The notes: generated by a model not told the origin, from the sequence alone. DNA of 62,182 nucleotides, filler included, from Rhabdomonas costata (GCA_019059605.1; 29 parts of 29 records of this genome joined end to end with filler, not necessarily neighbours in it), one strand, 5' to 3'. Positions 11,666-24,584 are shown, counted from the whole stretch's first letter. Translations and numbers: made by a program.

Positions 11666-12302
11666 ATGCTGTCTCGATGCTCGTTTTGTGTGGTTGTTGG
11701 GTTGACAATCTCTATTCTGTTTGTGGCATCCTGTTCATATTTTGATCATGCACTCTGCCCTCCTGTCTCTCTTGCTTTTCAGCAGCCTGCCGTGGTGAAG
11801 CTCCTGATTGCTCGACTTCGGTTTCCCGTTCGTGCCGCAGGTTGGTCTTGCTCCTGGTGCTACCTTTGCTGCTCTGGTTGAAAGCCTCTTTGTAAAAACC
11901 CTCCGAAAACTGGGCCGTGCTAAACGGCACATAACGCTGTACACACGACATCTGGCGCCTTTCATCTGTCATCTTCAACAGCTTCAAAGTGATCATAGCA
12001 GAAATCTCTCAGAGATTTCCTGTTTGTGCGCTTTTTCCCGTTTTTTTCCCGAATTTTCCCGGCAACTACTCTTTCTCTTCTGACAGGAACTCAGTCTGAA
12101 GGGCAACCCACTTCTCTGGGAGTGGGGTTCCCTCATTTCTGCGCCCACGTCCTGAACTCTTTGTTTGTTTCTTCCGATGACTGGCCCGTGACCTTTGTCG
12201 AGGAATACCTTCTGGACGCGCTGGGAGAGAGACAGTGGGTGGACTCGCCAGCTGCGTCGGCTTTTGTGAACAACATCACGTCTGCGTTCATGACAGCGCC
12301 AG
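11666..12302 (+). CDS. INTS1: Integrator complex subunit 1 homologue, partial; exons ~11666-11840 and 12087-12302
   Basis: Intron 11841-12086 (GT-AG) splices in frame. DDWPVTFVEEYLLDALGERQWVDSPAASAFVNNITSAF matches the conserved INTS1 block (WP..FV..Y..D.LGER.WVD.P....FV.NI..AF). Confidence 0.85.
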
Positions 12303-13004
12303 GTTCCCCCAAACCTTTTCACTGTCTTCGCGGCGTGGCGGCGTGGTAATTGTAATCAAAACAGGAATGGGCGCGATCGGGATGCGAATCGGCCATTGAT
12401 GCTCTCTCCTGTTTGATTTCAAATCGGTAGTCCTTCTCCGTCCTTGTGACAGGCAAAGCGGAGATTTCTTTTTCGGAATTCTGGAAGGGTAACTCCAATA
12501 TGGGCAAAGCAGAAGCAGAATCAGAAGCAGGCTTATGTCTCATATAACGCAGCACAACCCAACTCAAAGCTGTATCGGCCTCTTCGAAGGAAAGATTTCA
12601 AGAAAATTTCGGCGCGCACTTTCCGAGTTTTTGTGGATGTGGACGCTGAATGATGAGTATGCCTTTCTGTTCAATTTATTCACACCCCATGTACCCTCGC
12701 CTTGCTCAGCGCCGCAGTGAAATCCATAGGTGCGAAAAAACAACCACATATAGCAACTCAAGTGATTATTAAAGGGAAAAGTAAACCTTTCNNNNNNNNN
12801 NNNNNNNNNNNNNNNNNNNNNNNNNNNNNNNNNNNTTAATTAATTAANNNNNNNNNNNNNNNNNNNNNNNNNNNNNNNNNNNNNNNNNNNNTTGTTGTGG
12901 GGTTAGACATGTGCGTTGAGCTCATAGCGCGGCGTCTACGGTGGACCTGATGCCTCACCGGAGAGAGCGACAGAGAGGAGAGGGGTGATGCAGGGCGCGC
13001 GCAC

Positions 13005-14095
13005 TGGCAGTAAGGCTCCAGGAAGGACAGGCCGTGTACGGCGTCTTGGGCCACGGCGAGGCAGGCCTGGGCTCCACGCAAGAGGTGTTCGAACCGGTGC
13101 TCCAGGTCCTCACGGTGGCACAGCCGCAACGTCAGCTTTGCCGTGGTCGTCTGCGGGTGTGGGCGCATGCCCGGGCGTGCGGGCGGGAGAAGGAGCACAT
13201 CAGCTTCAGCTCGGTATGCGTGCAAACACTGGGTGACAGTCAACATTGTGCCCCATTTTTCACCTAAAGTCGGGTCCCTGAAACCACTTCCGCAGCTTCA
13301 TCTTCAACAGCAACAGCATTGTTCCGGGGTGATATCCAAAACGCAAAGCAGGGGGTAAACACGGTTTTCCTTCTCGGCGCCCACTAAAATGGCAAGACAG
13401 TTCGGTAATTCGGTATTTTGTCACTGTGTTGGTGCAGTTGGAGGATTACTTGATGCACAGAACTCACGATAATACAAGCCAGTCAATCTGTTCATTAACA
13501 TACAAAACAGAGTGTGCAGGGTGAAGGGCCACAGATCCAGAAAGATTCCAAAAGGTGGCATTTTCAAGTGCGTTTTCGGTGGGATGGATGAACGGATCAT
13601 TTGCAAAATCACTGCGACGCCGGAATAACGGAGATTTTTTCTTGCAAAAACGATAAAAACATCTCTAGAGGGCAAAGCCGAAGTAGACCAACGTGGAAAC
13701 CAACAACGAGAGAGAGCAACTTTTCTAGTACCTTTGACACTTTTAATAAGCCCTGGTCTCTGGGGCCCCCGCTGTCGCAACCTTACAGCACACGCAAAGC
13801 TAGGGCAGCTATGCCACTGTGGAGATGTGCGGTTAAGAAGGCTATGGTCAAACTGCACACGCGCACGGGCGGAGACGAATGGAGGGGACCGGCTCCGGGA
13901 CCGGACCTGGGGGTGAGAGCCGTAGTCTTCCACCACCGCCAAGGAGTCCACTACCTTTCTCCAGAACTTCAGGCTGGTGAGCGGCGTGGGAGGATCCCGG
14001 GCGTCCGCGAGGAAGCGCTCGACAGTGGGGGTGGGCCGCAGGAAGAACGCTGAGGTTGAAAGGATGAGGAGGAAGAGCAGAAGCCGCAGCAGCAT
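13005..14095 (-). CDS. Hypothetical secreted protein, N-terminal exons (14095-13907; ~13150-13005)
   Basis: Signal peptide MLLRLLLFLLILSTSA, CAG|GT donor at 13906, and a GC-rich in-frame downstream exon TTTAKLTLRLCHREDLEHRFEHLL. Confidence 0.55.
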
Positions 14096-14477
14096 TCGCG
14101 GAAACAGCACAACGAAGAACAAAATAGAGGAATACGATAATCTCTCGAAGGACACAAAAGTGAAGCCAGGAGCGACAAGCGAAGATGACTGTGCGCATGC
14201 GCTGGGTGCTCGTGGAAAGGAATAAGCTGCGGTTGGACTTCCAGCGCAACTTGTGTGATGGTACGTGTGCTCGTTTGCAGGTGTGCCAGCATGATTAAAC
14301 ACCAGGGAACTTGTAACGACGAAAATCCCCAATGGAAAAGTTCAAGTTCTCACAGAGGGTGATGCACAGGTAAAGGCAACGCACATACGGGGAAGGGGGG
14401 CGGAATCGATAGCCATTTTTCACAGGATTTCTGCCGCCATCCCACCTCTCAAAAATCATACCAGGTACATCATAATA

Positions 14478-14936
14478 TCACTTGCGAGGGCAACATGCCG
14501 CTTTGTATTCCAAGCACTCCAATGAAACTGGAAAACTGGAGCTAACCCTCTCCTCAACACATGGAGAATTCAAAGGAGGGGCACAGTGCGGGTAAAAGAG
14601 ACACGCACTGTAGAGCTCTTGGCGGTACGTCTCCAGCAAAGAGACGATGTGGTCGCACCAGATCTCGACGGTCTCCACGACGCGCGACGCATGGGCTGTC
14701 AGAACGGCTCCCTCTTCAGGTTCAGCCGGTCTGTCATCCCCATCTTCATTCACTGCCCCTGAGTTGGCTTCCCTCTCCTGTGAGGGTGCCCCTGCTGGCA
14801 CGTCCTCCGCAGAATACAGCAGCCTCATCCCGTGAGGGGTGAAGCGGAGGTCAGAACCTTCCGCGTCGCGGGCCTCATCCTTTGCCATATTGAGGGCAGG
14901 CGGGAGAGCACTGACCTCCGCCTTCCAGACAAACAC
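14478..14936 (-). CDS. Hypothetical protein fragment (acidic)
   Basis: GC-rich open frame with coding-like composition; no recognised motif, 3' end uncertain. Confidence 0.4.
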   Translation of the reverse strand: MFVWKAEVSALPPALNMAKDEARDAEGSDLRFTPHGMRLLYSAEDVPAGAPSQEREANSGAVNEDGDDRPAEPEEGAVLTAHASRVVETVEIWCDHIVSLLETYRQELYSACLFYPHCAPPLNSPCVEERVSSSFPVSLECLEYKAACCPRK

Positions 14937-15066
14937 CCNNNNNNNNNNNNNNNNNNNNNNNNNNNNNNNNNNNNNNNNNNNNTTAATTAATTAANNNNNN
15001 NNNNNNNNNNNNNNNNNNNNNNNNNNNNNNNNNNNNNNGTGTTGTCCATGTTGGGATAAGCATGCA

Positions 15067-15119
15067 CCCTCGTTTCGTTACGGGACCCCTTAGCGCTGCG
15101 CCCGGCGCGCAGCGCCCTT
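15067..15119. repeat. 53-bp dispersed hairpin-containing repeat, copy 2
   Basis: Stem GCGCTGCGC / loop CCGGC / GCGCAGCGC; matches 5739-5791. Confidence 0.9.
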
Positions 15120-15456
15120 ACTTGTTTTGCATTTTTTTCACGGGCAAACCAATGAAATAATTGTTGTGAATACTGCGGAGCAGGAGCTGCTGTTGGCGTT
15201 TCTTTGTGTTTTAGTTTGCTGTAAAGAAAATGAGGTGCCCAACAATCCCAAAGAAAAGTCGAACTGAGTTGAGAAGATCTGATGTTTCCAGAGAAGGAAG
15301 GAAACGATCGACGACGGCAAAGCAGATAATGACTGCAAACCAAGCGAAGTAGGAAAAAGCTGCAAAAGGCTTTCCGGTAAAGAAAAAAGACGAGGAAAAA
15401 GTGGACATGCGCCTTTTTTGCCTGCTGTCTCCTTTCCGCCTTTGGTTCTTTTTTAG

Positions 15457-17054
15457 ATCTCACTGCGTGATGCGCTGTGCGGGGCGGTGGTGGAGGTGAA
15501 GCATTTGGACGGCCGGACACTGCAGCTCAAGGCCCCGCTGAACGAGATCATTCGCCCAGGTCTCGGCGCTTTCGCAGCCCTTGTCGTGTATTGTTTGGGT
15601 GCAGAGCGGCGCATGCCTGCACTGCCGATGCAGCACATTTCAGGTTGTAGTCGTGTGCTGAAGGCCGAGGACGACATTGGGGTTGCTGTGATAAGCTGGC
15701 CGGGATGTGACTGCGCATTCAGGTTCGGGGATGGGATGGAAGACAGTGAAGGACCCCGATTTTGATGATTATGATAAAGGATGGTTGAACTGTAAAGTGT
15801 ACTGATTGCAACAGTGAAGATGCTGACGGCATGGCGGCAGTGACGAATGCGTGCACGACCGTTAGTTGATGCGTTCCTGAATTACGGCCAATTTTGCATA
15901 TTACTATGATGAAGGGGTGTACGATAGGGGTTGATATAGCTAATGGTGCTGACTGTGGCGATGAATGAATGCATCTATGACTGCAAACGTTTCCGTGCAC
16001 CCTGCTGGGTTGTGTTCACCATTTGTCTGTGTCTGTGCTGGTGTAGGCACCTTCCTCAGTCTCTCTGGGGAGGGGATGCCCATCCCGGGCAGCTCCACCC
16101 GCCGTGGGGAGCTCCTCGTGAAGTTCGACGTGGAGATGCCCGGGTCGCTGTCCCCAGAGGCCGTGAAGGTTCTCCGGGAGGTTCTTCCCGACGTTCCCGC
16201 GGCGCCGAAGCAGCCCGAGGCCACTGCGGACAAGAAGGTCGTTTAGCTACGTGTGTGTGCGTGTGTGGTGCCAGGAGCTGCCGAAGTTTCGAATGCTACG
16301 GGGGAAAGAAATATTTTCAAGACAATGCCTTGTGCACGCAGTGAGAGAGGGCATCAGATAGAACAAACAGACACAACTGTCCCTAGGTCTAAGAAGAATG
16401 TTCCAAAAAGATGCTGGTGTCCCATGCCCCCCCCCCCCCGCCGAAAAGCGCTAGTGAAGGCACCACGGTGCTCTAACCTGGGTGTGTTTGTTCAGAAAGA
16501 AATGGTTTTTCGGCGCATAAAAAGAATCGAGGAGACGTCGCCGAGTAACGTCAGGGTTTGGAGCTCCATAAAACCGCGATGGAAGGGTGTGGTTGAGGTT
16601 TCACAAGAACCTCTCAGCAGCAGATGTTCCCCCGAGAAGTGGCCAGGCCTTAAGACCTCCACCCAACGCATTGCCTTGCGCACTTAGTGTGATTGGCAGT
16701 GGTAACTATGTTTACCACTGCGCCCCTTCTCCCATGTGTCCAAGCACCCACCCAGCGGAAACGAGGAAGAGTTGTGGGGCGGTGTTGGGATGACAACTGT
16801 AACCGTTCGAAGACGCCGCTCGTTTTTGCGCTCGTATTGGGTGCGATGTCTTCTTTCGGAAGTCAAGGCTCACGTTCGCTTTTCTTCTCACTCGTTCGCA
16901 TGGTTGTTTTCAGCCGGCGTCGTTCTTCCTGTCACACCCCTCGGCGGAGACCATGCGGCGGCTGGAGCGGGACCTCCACGAAGAGGAGCAAGGCGGTCGG
17001 AGAGGCGGGCAGCAGGGCGGCGGCGGAGGGGCGCAGCAGTGCGCCGTGCAGTAG
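15457..17054 (+). CDS. DNAJA: Type I Hsp40 (DnaJA/Ydj1-like) C-terminal half with CaaX box; exons 15457-15559, 16047-16237, 16914-17054
   Basis: Spliced: ISLRDALCGAVVEVKHLDGRTL...GEGMPIPG...RGELLVKFDVEMP...GGGGGAQQCAVQ-TAG. It has the DnaJ C-terminal domain motifs and a farnesylation signal, and both GT-AG introns keep frame. Confidence 0.93.
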
Positions 17055-17189
17055 CGCGCCTTAGCCCACAGCTTTACTATTTCTCTCNNNNNNNNNNNNN
17101 NNNNNNNNNNNNNNNNNNNNNNNNNNNNNNNTTAATTAATTAANNNNNNNNNNNNNNNNNNNNNNNNNNNNNNNNNNNNNNNNNNNNTG

Positions 17190-17336
17190 TGGGGTGGGAC
17201 TTTGTGGGTTTTGGAGGGGTGGTTCTGACGTGGTTGTGTTGTGGAGAGGATGTAAAATTTGGAAAGGGTGAGGGTTTGGGGTGGGACTTTGTGGGTTTTG
17301 GAGGGGTGGTTCTGACGTGGTTGTGTTGTGGAGAGG
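17190..17336 (+). repeat. 60-bp direct repeat, two copies, 87-bp period
   Basis: 17190-17249 equals 17277-17336; at the contig start. Confidence 0.9.
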
Positions 17337-20006
17337 TTTTCCAACCCTCAGAATGTTTGGTATCCCTCCATGCTCCCTGACTGTACTTCTTCTGCGGACT
17401 AGGAATCCGCCAATAGGGTTTTCACCCTTCTCCACGCCCCTCTCTCTCAGGGCCAGTACCTTTGATGCTGTCGCTCGCTGGCTCTTGCTCTCTTCTTGGC
17501 TGTATGTAGTCTGTACCCCCCGCAGTGGAGGAGGTGACCCCTCGCCTTCTTCACGGGATGCAGCTCTGGTGGCTGGTGGCGACACACACCCTCACTTTCA
17601 CACACAGAAATCAGCCACACCATTTTGAAATTGTACCTCACACACATCTATTGGTTGTGTTCTTGTTCACCGCCCGTTGTCTGGTGCTGACGTCCTTCCC
17701 AACTCTTCGTCGATGCCCCCGCGTCAAAGGTGGGGAAGGAGGTCAGTGGTGGAAGTTGGCTTGGTCTGTTTGGGTGGGCTCTGGGTTCTCGGGGCTCTGC
17801 CTTCCGTTTCTTTTTCTGCCCCATTGTGGCTGTGTCTGAGGTTGGGAAGGTGGTGACCGCCTCTGCAACGTTGTGTGCTGTACGGTAAAACAAAAAACCC
17901 GTTGTTTCTCTGTCATTTTCTTTGGTGGCCTTGAACCTTCGTTCTGCTGTTTTGCTCGGATACTGGTCGGTCAGGTAGTTTCCCTCTCGACGCATAAGCC
18001 TTCTTCCACAGGAATGCACTGAACACTGGAAACGCTTGTCTTGCGTCTACGGTCAACCTTTTTGCCACACCAACTCTGACAATGCTCATTTGCGATTCCC
18101 GGTCCCAAGTTTTTGAGGGTCATCATAAATTGATCGTTGCTTTGTCCTCCGGTTCGTTTTTTTGCACCCCCAGCATGTTCACCACTACCACCACACGCAC
18201 GTTCACACCACCGCCATTCCACCAAGGCGGTAGGATTTCCGGTCACACCGCTGCCCCCCCCCCTATTCATTTCCGCACCACTCCTTCTGTATATCCTGCT
18301 TTGTTTTTCTTCTGGTTATTATCGCGGCCACAAAGCCCGACAAGAGAACTGAACCAAACTAGATTGCTACCGGTTCTTTCCAAACCGGCTTATTTCCGCG
18401 GGCTCGGCTACCGAAAACGTTCGACCAGAAGCGGGCAGATGCTTGTTCCAACCTCGGGCCAGCGTCTTCCGAAACCATTTGGCCCAAAAACAACCACACC
18501 GGGCCGCTGAGAGCGCGAAAAAGGGGGAGACACACACACAAACAGACGGACAGAGAGCATTACCATTTATTTTGAACTTTGTATGGCGCCGGGGCGTTCC
18601 CTTAATCCTGTTTCACCCGACCGCTGTTATGCGTTTGCCAAAACTTTGGCCTAAGTCCGGGAAGGGTCCGATCCAGTTCTTCCTATTTTCAGTTCTTTCG
18701 CTTGTGGTCGTTTCTTTCCGATCAACCCCATGGATTCAAGCGACCAAAATGTCCGCAGGGAACCGCGGTGCCCGCATAGAACCGCAAAAACAAAAACAAT
18801 AATAGAACTTTAGTTTGCGCCGTTTAAAAAGATAGCGCCATCCAATTCAGCGGGCGAATTACCGTAATATTTCATAAATTTTCCGTTGGCTTTTAAATTT
18901 GCTAATTTTCACAGCCAATGCCGCAAGTAAATTTTTCCTTACATTGACTTTGTAAAACATAGATTTTAGAATTTATTAAGCTATATTCCGTGGCCACAAA
19001 AGCGCGTTCATTATGTAAAATGTTGCCAGTAATTCTAGAATTATATAAATTGCCCATACTAACTACCCAACTATTATGCATGCAAAGGCAACTGCGCACT
19101 TTTAAGTGGAGTGTATAATTAGAATACTGATCTTGGAAGAGTTTACATTGTGCAATTGTTTTTGCGTTGTGAACAGCCAACAGCCGCAAATTATTTCAAG
19201 ATGACAAAATTTGCAAAACTTGTAAAAACAAACCCNNNNNNNNNNNNNNNNNNNNNNNNNNNNNNNNNNNNNNNNNNNNTTAATTAATTAANNNNNNNNN
19301 NNNNNNNNNNNNNNNNNNNNNNNNNNNNNNNNNNNTGTGTTGGGTGTGGGTGGGTGGGTGGTGGAGGCGCCAGCACCCATCTTTGGGGGGAGGATGGGGG
19401 CTCAGGCAAACGAAGGTTTAGCTCTCCCAGCACTTGGTGAACTTCAAGAAGGAGGACATGCGCGAAAAAGAAAACATGTAATGCTTGAGGAAGACCCGAC
19501 ACAAAAAAACCACAAAGAAGGTTGCCAGCCAGGTGGGTAACCGTTTGTAAATTCTCGAAAGGCAGCAAACAGAACATAGATGTGTTGTCGGCCAACGATT
19601 GGAAACGAGCTATTCACTTTAATTTACATTCACAATCAACGAAGCGCACCCCGCGTCAGGTGTGAAGGATTAGGACTTACTTACTTGGTGGAGCTACCAC
19701 AGTGCCCAAACTTTTTTCTTTTGTTGCACATGGAAATTTCCTGTGGAGGTTCTTTTTCTTTGAAGGAATACGTGTGAAAATAAGGCCACTGCGGTAGGTA
19801 AATCGGTTATTTAAATGGGTGCGGTGAAAAGAGCGGCCACGTGCCATTTACAATTGCTGTCCAAAGGCCGACAGCTTCACTTAGAGCACCACTCAAAAAG
19901 CTGTGACACATCACACATCACATACACCCGCAAAATCAGCAGGGTGCGACGGTGTGAAGAACAAATTAAGAAATATGTGGCTTGCCACACCCCCACCCTC
20001 CAACAA

Positions 20007-20750
20007 TCAGACGGCGGCAGCGGACAGTCCGCAGCCAGTGGCAAGCCCAAGCTCCCGTAGCCTCGAGCCAATTTCCCGCCAGCTTTCCACCGCCGCCTGG
20101 TAGTGCAAGTCATGATCCAAAGCAGCGCGTAGAATCCCAGCCGCCCGAACCTTGGCTCGGACAAGCTTGTGGGTGACGTAGAGGTCCGTGCACAGCTTGT
20201 CACTGGCCCGATCACTTCCCAGGCCTTCCGTCAGGGCCTCTGCATTGCGGCGACCAAGCTCGGCTACCTCCACCCGGGCATCCTCCGCCATGGAGTCCAC
20301 AATGCCATAAGCAGCCGCCAGCCTGCGAGCACTATCTTGAACTGCGGAGAGGTCAACTGCAGCCTTGGGCCCGCTCTGCAGCTTCCCAACCATCTCCCGA
20401 AGTTGCTCTGCTTGAGCCCGAAGCTCGGGGATCTCAGCCAGAAACAGCAGCACCCGCTTCTCCTCCACCTGGGCAAAGGCTCGAATCCGAAGCCGGCCTA
20501 GGTAGTGGTTGAGCGGGCACAGAATGACTGTGGTCACAATCCTGAGGTACCGGCTGTACACCGCGATGTTCGAGCTAGCCGGCAAGAGGTTATGATAGAA
20601 GTACGAAAGCACCAGAAGGAGGACGAAGACTTTCTGAATGATGTAGGAGAGGGGAATCTCCACTCCTTTGGCGAGGATGGTCCAAAGGGTCAGCAGAGGT
20701 GCGGAGACGCGAACGGAGCGCCTCATCTCAATCGGGGCGTGCCCTAAGGG
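20007..20750 (-). CDS. Hypothetical multi-pass membrane protein with helical C-terminus (terminal exon)
   Basis: Long GC-rich frame with 2-3 hydrophobic segments followed by coiled-coil-like sequence. The 5' boundary is approximate. Confidence 0.6.
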   Translation of the reverse strand, partial: PLGHAPIEMRRSVRVSAPLLTLWTILAKGVEIPLSYIIQKVFVLLLVLSYFYHNLLPASSNIAVYSRYLRIVTTVILCPLNHYLGRLRIRAFAQVEEKRVLLFLAEIPELRAQAEQLREMVGKLQSGPKAAVDLSAVQDSARRLAAAYGIVDSMAEDARVEVAELGRRNAEALTEGLGSDRASDKLCTDLYVTHKLVRAKVRAAGILRAALDHDLHYQAAVESWREIGSRLRELGLATGCGLSAAAV

Positions 20751-21490
20751 CCCTTGCACCGCAAACTTCATTGAGTGGATCCAGGATCTTGCCCAGAAGA
20801 TGAGGCCACATCCCGCGGTGCACTGCATGAATCCACAGCGACGGAAGAAGAATAGAAAGAGCGGTCGGAATGCATTGCTCATGCGTACGCTTCCCTCGGA
20901 CGCAGATGTTTTTTTCCGTGCACTTCTTTGTCACATCCTTTATGACGTTTGAGACACCCAATCGGTCTAGACGTCACTCCCCGCTGCTCCAACTTGTCCA
21001 ACAGTTGAAACATAAAGGCCACATGATTCACATTTCAGGACCAAATAAAAACCCGACAATAATCACCAGGGACCGGAACAAAGAGGAAGGGAATTTTCTG
21101 CGGGTAAAAGACCATCTGGTGAACCACAGCCGCCATATGAAAGCGTCCCGTGTTTCGTGCTTGCATGGAAAACCTTGGAACGGAGCTTCCGCGGGGCATC
21201 CGTGTCAGCCCCAGCGGGCGCCAGAGCCCTCCGAAGAGTCACCACAGGGGCCAGGAAGGCGTCCGCCTGCACTTCCCTGTCTCTGGCCAGCTGCCGATCT
21301 ACGGTAGAGCTTTGTTGCGAAAAAAAAACAAAAGTTGTCGCAAAAAAAGCTTCCTCATCATCAAAGCGGGTATATCGTCACTNNNNNNNNNNNNNNNNNN
21401 NNNNNNNNNNNNNNNNNNNNNNNNNNTTAATTAATTAANNNNNNNNNNNNNNNNNNNNNNNNNNNNNNNNNNNNNNNNNNNNTTGTGGGG

Positions 21491-21678
21491 TGGTTCAGGC
21501 TCTAGGGCTGGTGGAGCTGTGAGTGCCTTTTGGTGTTGCCCATTAGACAATGAGCCCGGGAAAATTGCCCGAAACCATGGTTTGTAGAAACATCAAGCGA
21601 CATAACCCGGAAAGCTCATTGTCTAATGGGCAACACCAAAAGGCACTCACAGCTCCACCAGCCCTAGAGCCTGATCCA
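21491..21678. repeat. Fold-back inverted repeat (~65-bp arms) at contig start
   Basis: 21491-21555 is the near-perfect reverse complement of 21614-21678. Confidence 0.9.
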
Positions 21679-23069
21679 CCCACACATAACACAGGATGAT
21701 AGTGAACAAAAAGATTGGCGATCCAAAATGCCCCTGGGCATGTGTCAGTAATGAACCGATCTTACCGGGATGTTCAAAGGATGCGTAGCATTACGATTAA
21801 GAAACTTGATTGCGATGCAAGTTGCAAGATGACTCCGGCGGAAACCATTTGGGCATTCGGGATACCACAGCAGCAAGTAGCAGTTCCGACCGGGATGTGT
21901 TGAAGCGAGTGCTGAGGTGCAACGTCGTTTGGCGGCAGAGGAAATGAAATGAAATAAAAATTGCGCAGTCCCCATTGGAAACCTTTGCCACCGTCAAGAG
22001 CAACCACGGAGTATGTCATGGGTTTTGTCACTCTTCTGAATCCTGTATTTTGTTGCCCTTTTCCTTCCCAAAGTTCTGCCTCGTATTTCCGGCGGAAGCA
22101 ATCTCCAATACCAAAGACGAAGTACACTGGCCCCAACTCAACCTGCGTGCATCCATCATGACACAAATGGTTCGCCAAAGCAAAGCAAGGCAAGGCAAGG
22201 CAAGGCAACGAGAAAACCGGGAATTACAAGAAATACAACAATCACCATGGATATGTGCACACCCTAGGGCCCATGTGTAGGCCCATGGGTCTCAGAGCTC
22301 AGCCAGTCCGACGCGTTCTCGGCGAGCACCCGCAGCGCGTTGCTGCAGGCTGCGCGCTTGTCCTTCCCCCCACCTTTGACGCACCGGGGTTTTTTGTTGG
22401 CAGGTGTCCAGTAATGTACCTACACAGCAGAAGGAAGCGGGGGAATATGATGCCCTGGCGCGGGACACTCGGCCAGCATACTGGGACACCATCATACCCA
22501 GTGCTGACAGGGAGCAGAAGGTCAAATAATCAAAATGGGGGGGGGGGTGACGGCCAGTGGTTAAGAATGCTCCTATTGTGTGCAAACATTGCCATGGAAA
22601 GTGTTTCCCTCCTCTCTGAGAAAACAGAAGTTTCCGAAAGAAACAAATATCAAAAAGTCATTAAAGGCCTCCCGGGCTACGCTACCGTCCCAGCTGCCCG
22701 CTCCGGCTGCGCCACTGACTGACCTCTGCAGCGCTGGCCAGCGCTAGCCCCTAAATTAAACCTGTTCCTCTCCTGCGCCCAAATTCCCAGCCACGGTTCA
22801 GTTCATCACCCGTGTCAGCTCAGAAAGAAGAGTAAGTGATGAGAGTGGAAAGGTACAGAACAGTTCGAAAAGCAAGACCAAATGTGCAGTCAATTTGGCG
22901 CAACCCGCTTCGGCTCCCACTACGAAATCCCCTGGAGGGGGGGGGGGGTAGTGGGTTCTTTTTGAGGTGACACAAATAACATTTCGCGGGACAATTCAGT
23001 AGTAAAAAAAAATCTGGTTCGCGTAACATCCCACATTAAAAACAAGGGAAGGACTCAAGAGGAGCTCAC

Positions 23070-23399
23070 CTGGGCCTCCGTCATACACGAGCCAACGGAC
23101 TGCGGCATGCAGCAGTGATTCATCTTCGCTCCCAGCGAATCGAGCACGTCGCGGCAGCGCTTCTCGAGCTGGTCGTGAGGGTCTTTCTCTTGCGCTCCGA
23201 CTTCAGCCTCAAACGCACGCATCAGGAACTCCTCCGCATCGGGAGGAAGGTCATCCGATGAAGTAGCTATGGTCACGAAACTGGGACGCAGCACCCCATG
23301 CCCGTTGAGGGCAATATGACCAGCACAAGGGATGGCACCTGACCTGACCGAAGTGTTAAACATTCCATAAAGAAACTCTTCTAGGATGCATAATTGCAC
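23070..23399 (-). CDS. Hypothetical protein, internal exon
   Basis: Open frame ending CAG|GTGAGC; family not recognised. Confidence 0.4.
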
Positions 23400-24584
23400 T
23401 CTTTGTGCACTTGCAACCAGATGTTACCACGTGGTGAATGTTTCCTCAATAGGTTGGGGAACAAACCCTACTTTCTGAACCGCGGCTGCTGAGCACATTC
23501 TCAATGTTTCCAAATAACGAAATGTTTTGNNNNNNNNNNNNNNNNNNNNNNNNNNNNNNNNNNNNNNNNNNNNTTAATTAATTAANNNNNNNNNNNNNNN
23601 NNNNNNNNNNNNNNNNNNNNNNNNNNNNNGTGGTGGGGTATTGTCTGATCGACATTGCTGACCTCCGCAGTCAACATCTGCTTGTGCGACTCCTCAACAT
23701 GAATGTGCACTGGCATTGTGGGCTTAGGCTCTCCGCACTCCAAAAGCCAGTTGTATGTCTGCATTGTTGCGTCCACGAACTCGGCTTTCCGAGATCGAGA
23801 GAGTCCGAGCGTGCGGGCTTGGCTGCCTTATTAGCGTATGTTGGAAATCAGCTCTTCATGGGAGAGATTCTTCTCTCCTTCCTTTCTTCGTTTTCTGGTG
23901 TTGGATTAGTGTCGTGGCGATGATTTGGACTCGGATACCCAATGTCGTGCAGGGGCCTCGACCAACTTTGGGGTGAGTATTGAATTCGTTTTCTCCTGAG
24001 AAAATATCCTGGCCACCTTTTCTGCTCCATGGATAGTGCGTTCGAGGAGCACCGTGGGCATGACGTTGTTGTCCCAATGTCAAAACGCAGCCAAGTGCTG
24101 GTGTCAGGCAAGCGATCCCTCCCAACGTTCACAGTCACGGTAACAATTGCAACGTAAGGAGTGCAGAGTTGCGCTTAATTTGGATCTTGATGACCGGAGA
24201 CATCAGGACGTTCAAGGGCGGAGGCCATCACCCTCCTTCCCTTCCACCCTCAACGTGATAACTGCCTAACGGCGAGATCTTCGCCTATTCACGGTCCCGC
24301 CCCTGTTTCCCCTCCCGAACAACTTGTTGTGGGAAAGTGGCTGTGTGATCATTAGCACCCCCGTGAAAACATCACAAATTTGATGATCCTGATGACCCCC
24401 ACCCGCTGAACCCGCTCCTTGCTGACCTGCTTCGCTTTATATCCGTTTGTATCCATTTATATCCGTACGTATTCTTCCTGCTGAGACTTGCGTTTCTTTT
24501 GCAGGGAGACTCGTTTTTCTTCCTTGCTTTTTCAAGCCAGGCGCTTTTCTCCCATCCTGCCTTGTGAAGAGTCCCCGATTTCAA

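Noticed and set aside
17190..17336. Two 60-bp direct repeats as a mini-CRISPR
   Set aside because: Only two units, too long and G/T-rich, in a eukaryotic context with no cas genes.
18858..19235. AT-rich segment starting TACCGTA as a pogo-like transposon end with ORF
   Set aside because: No partner TIR and no transposase motif in the 95-aa ORF.
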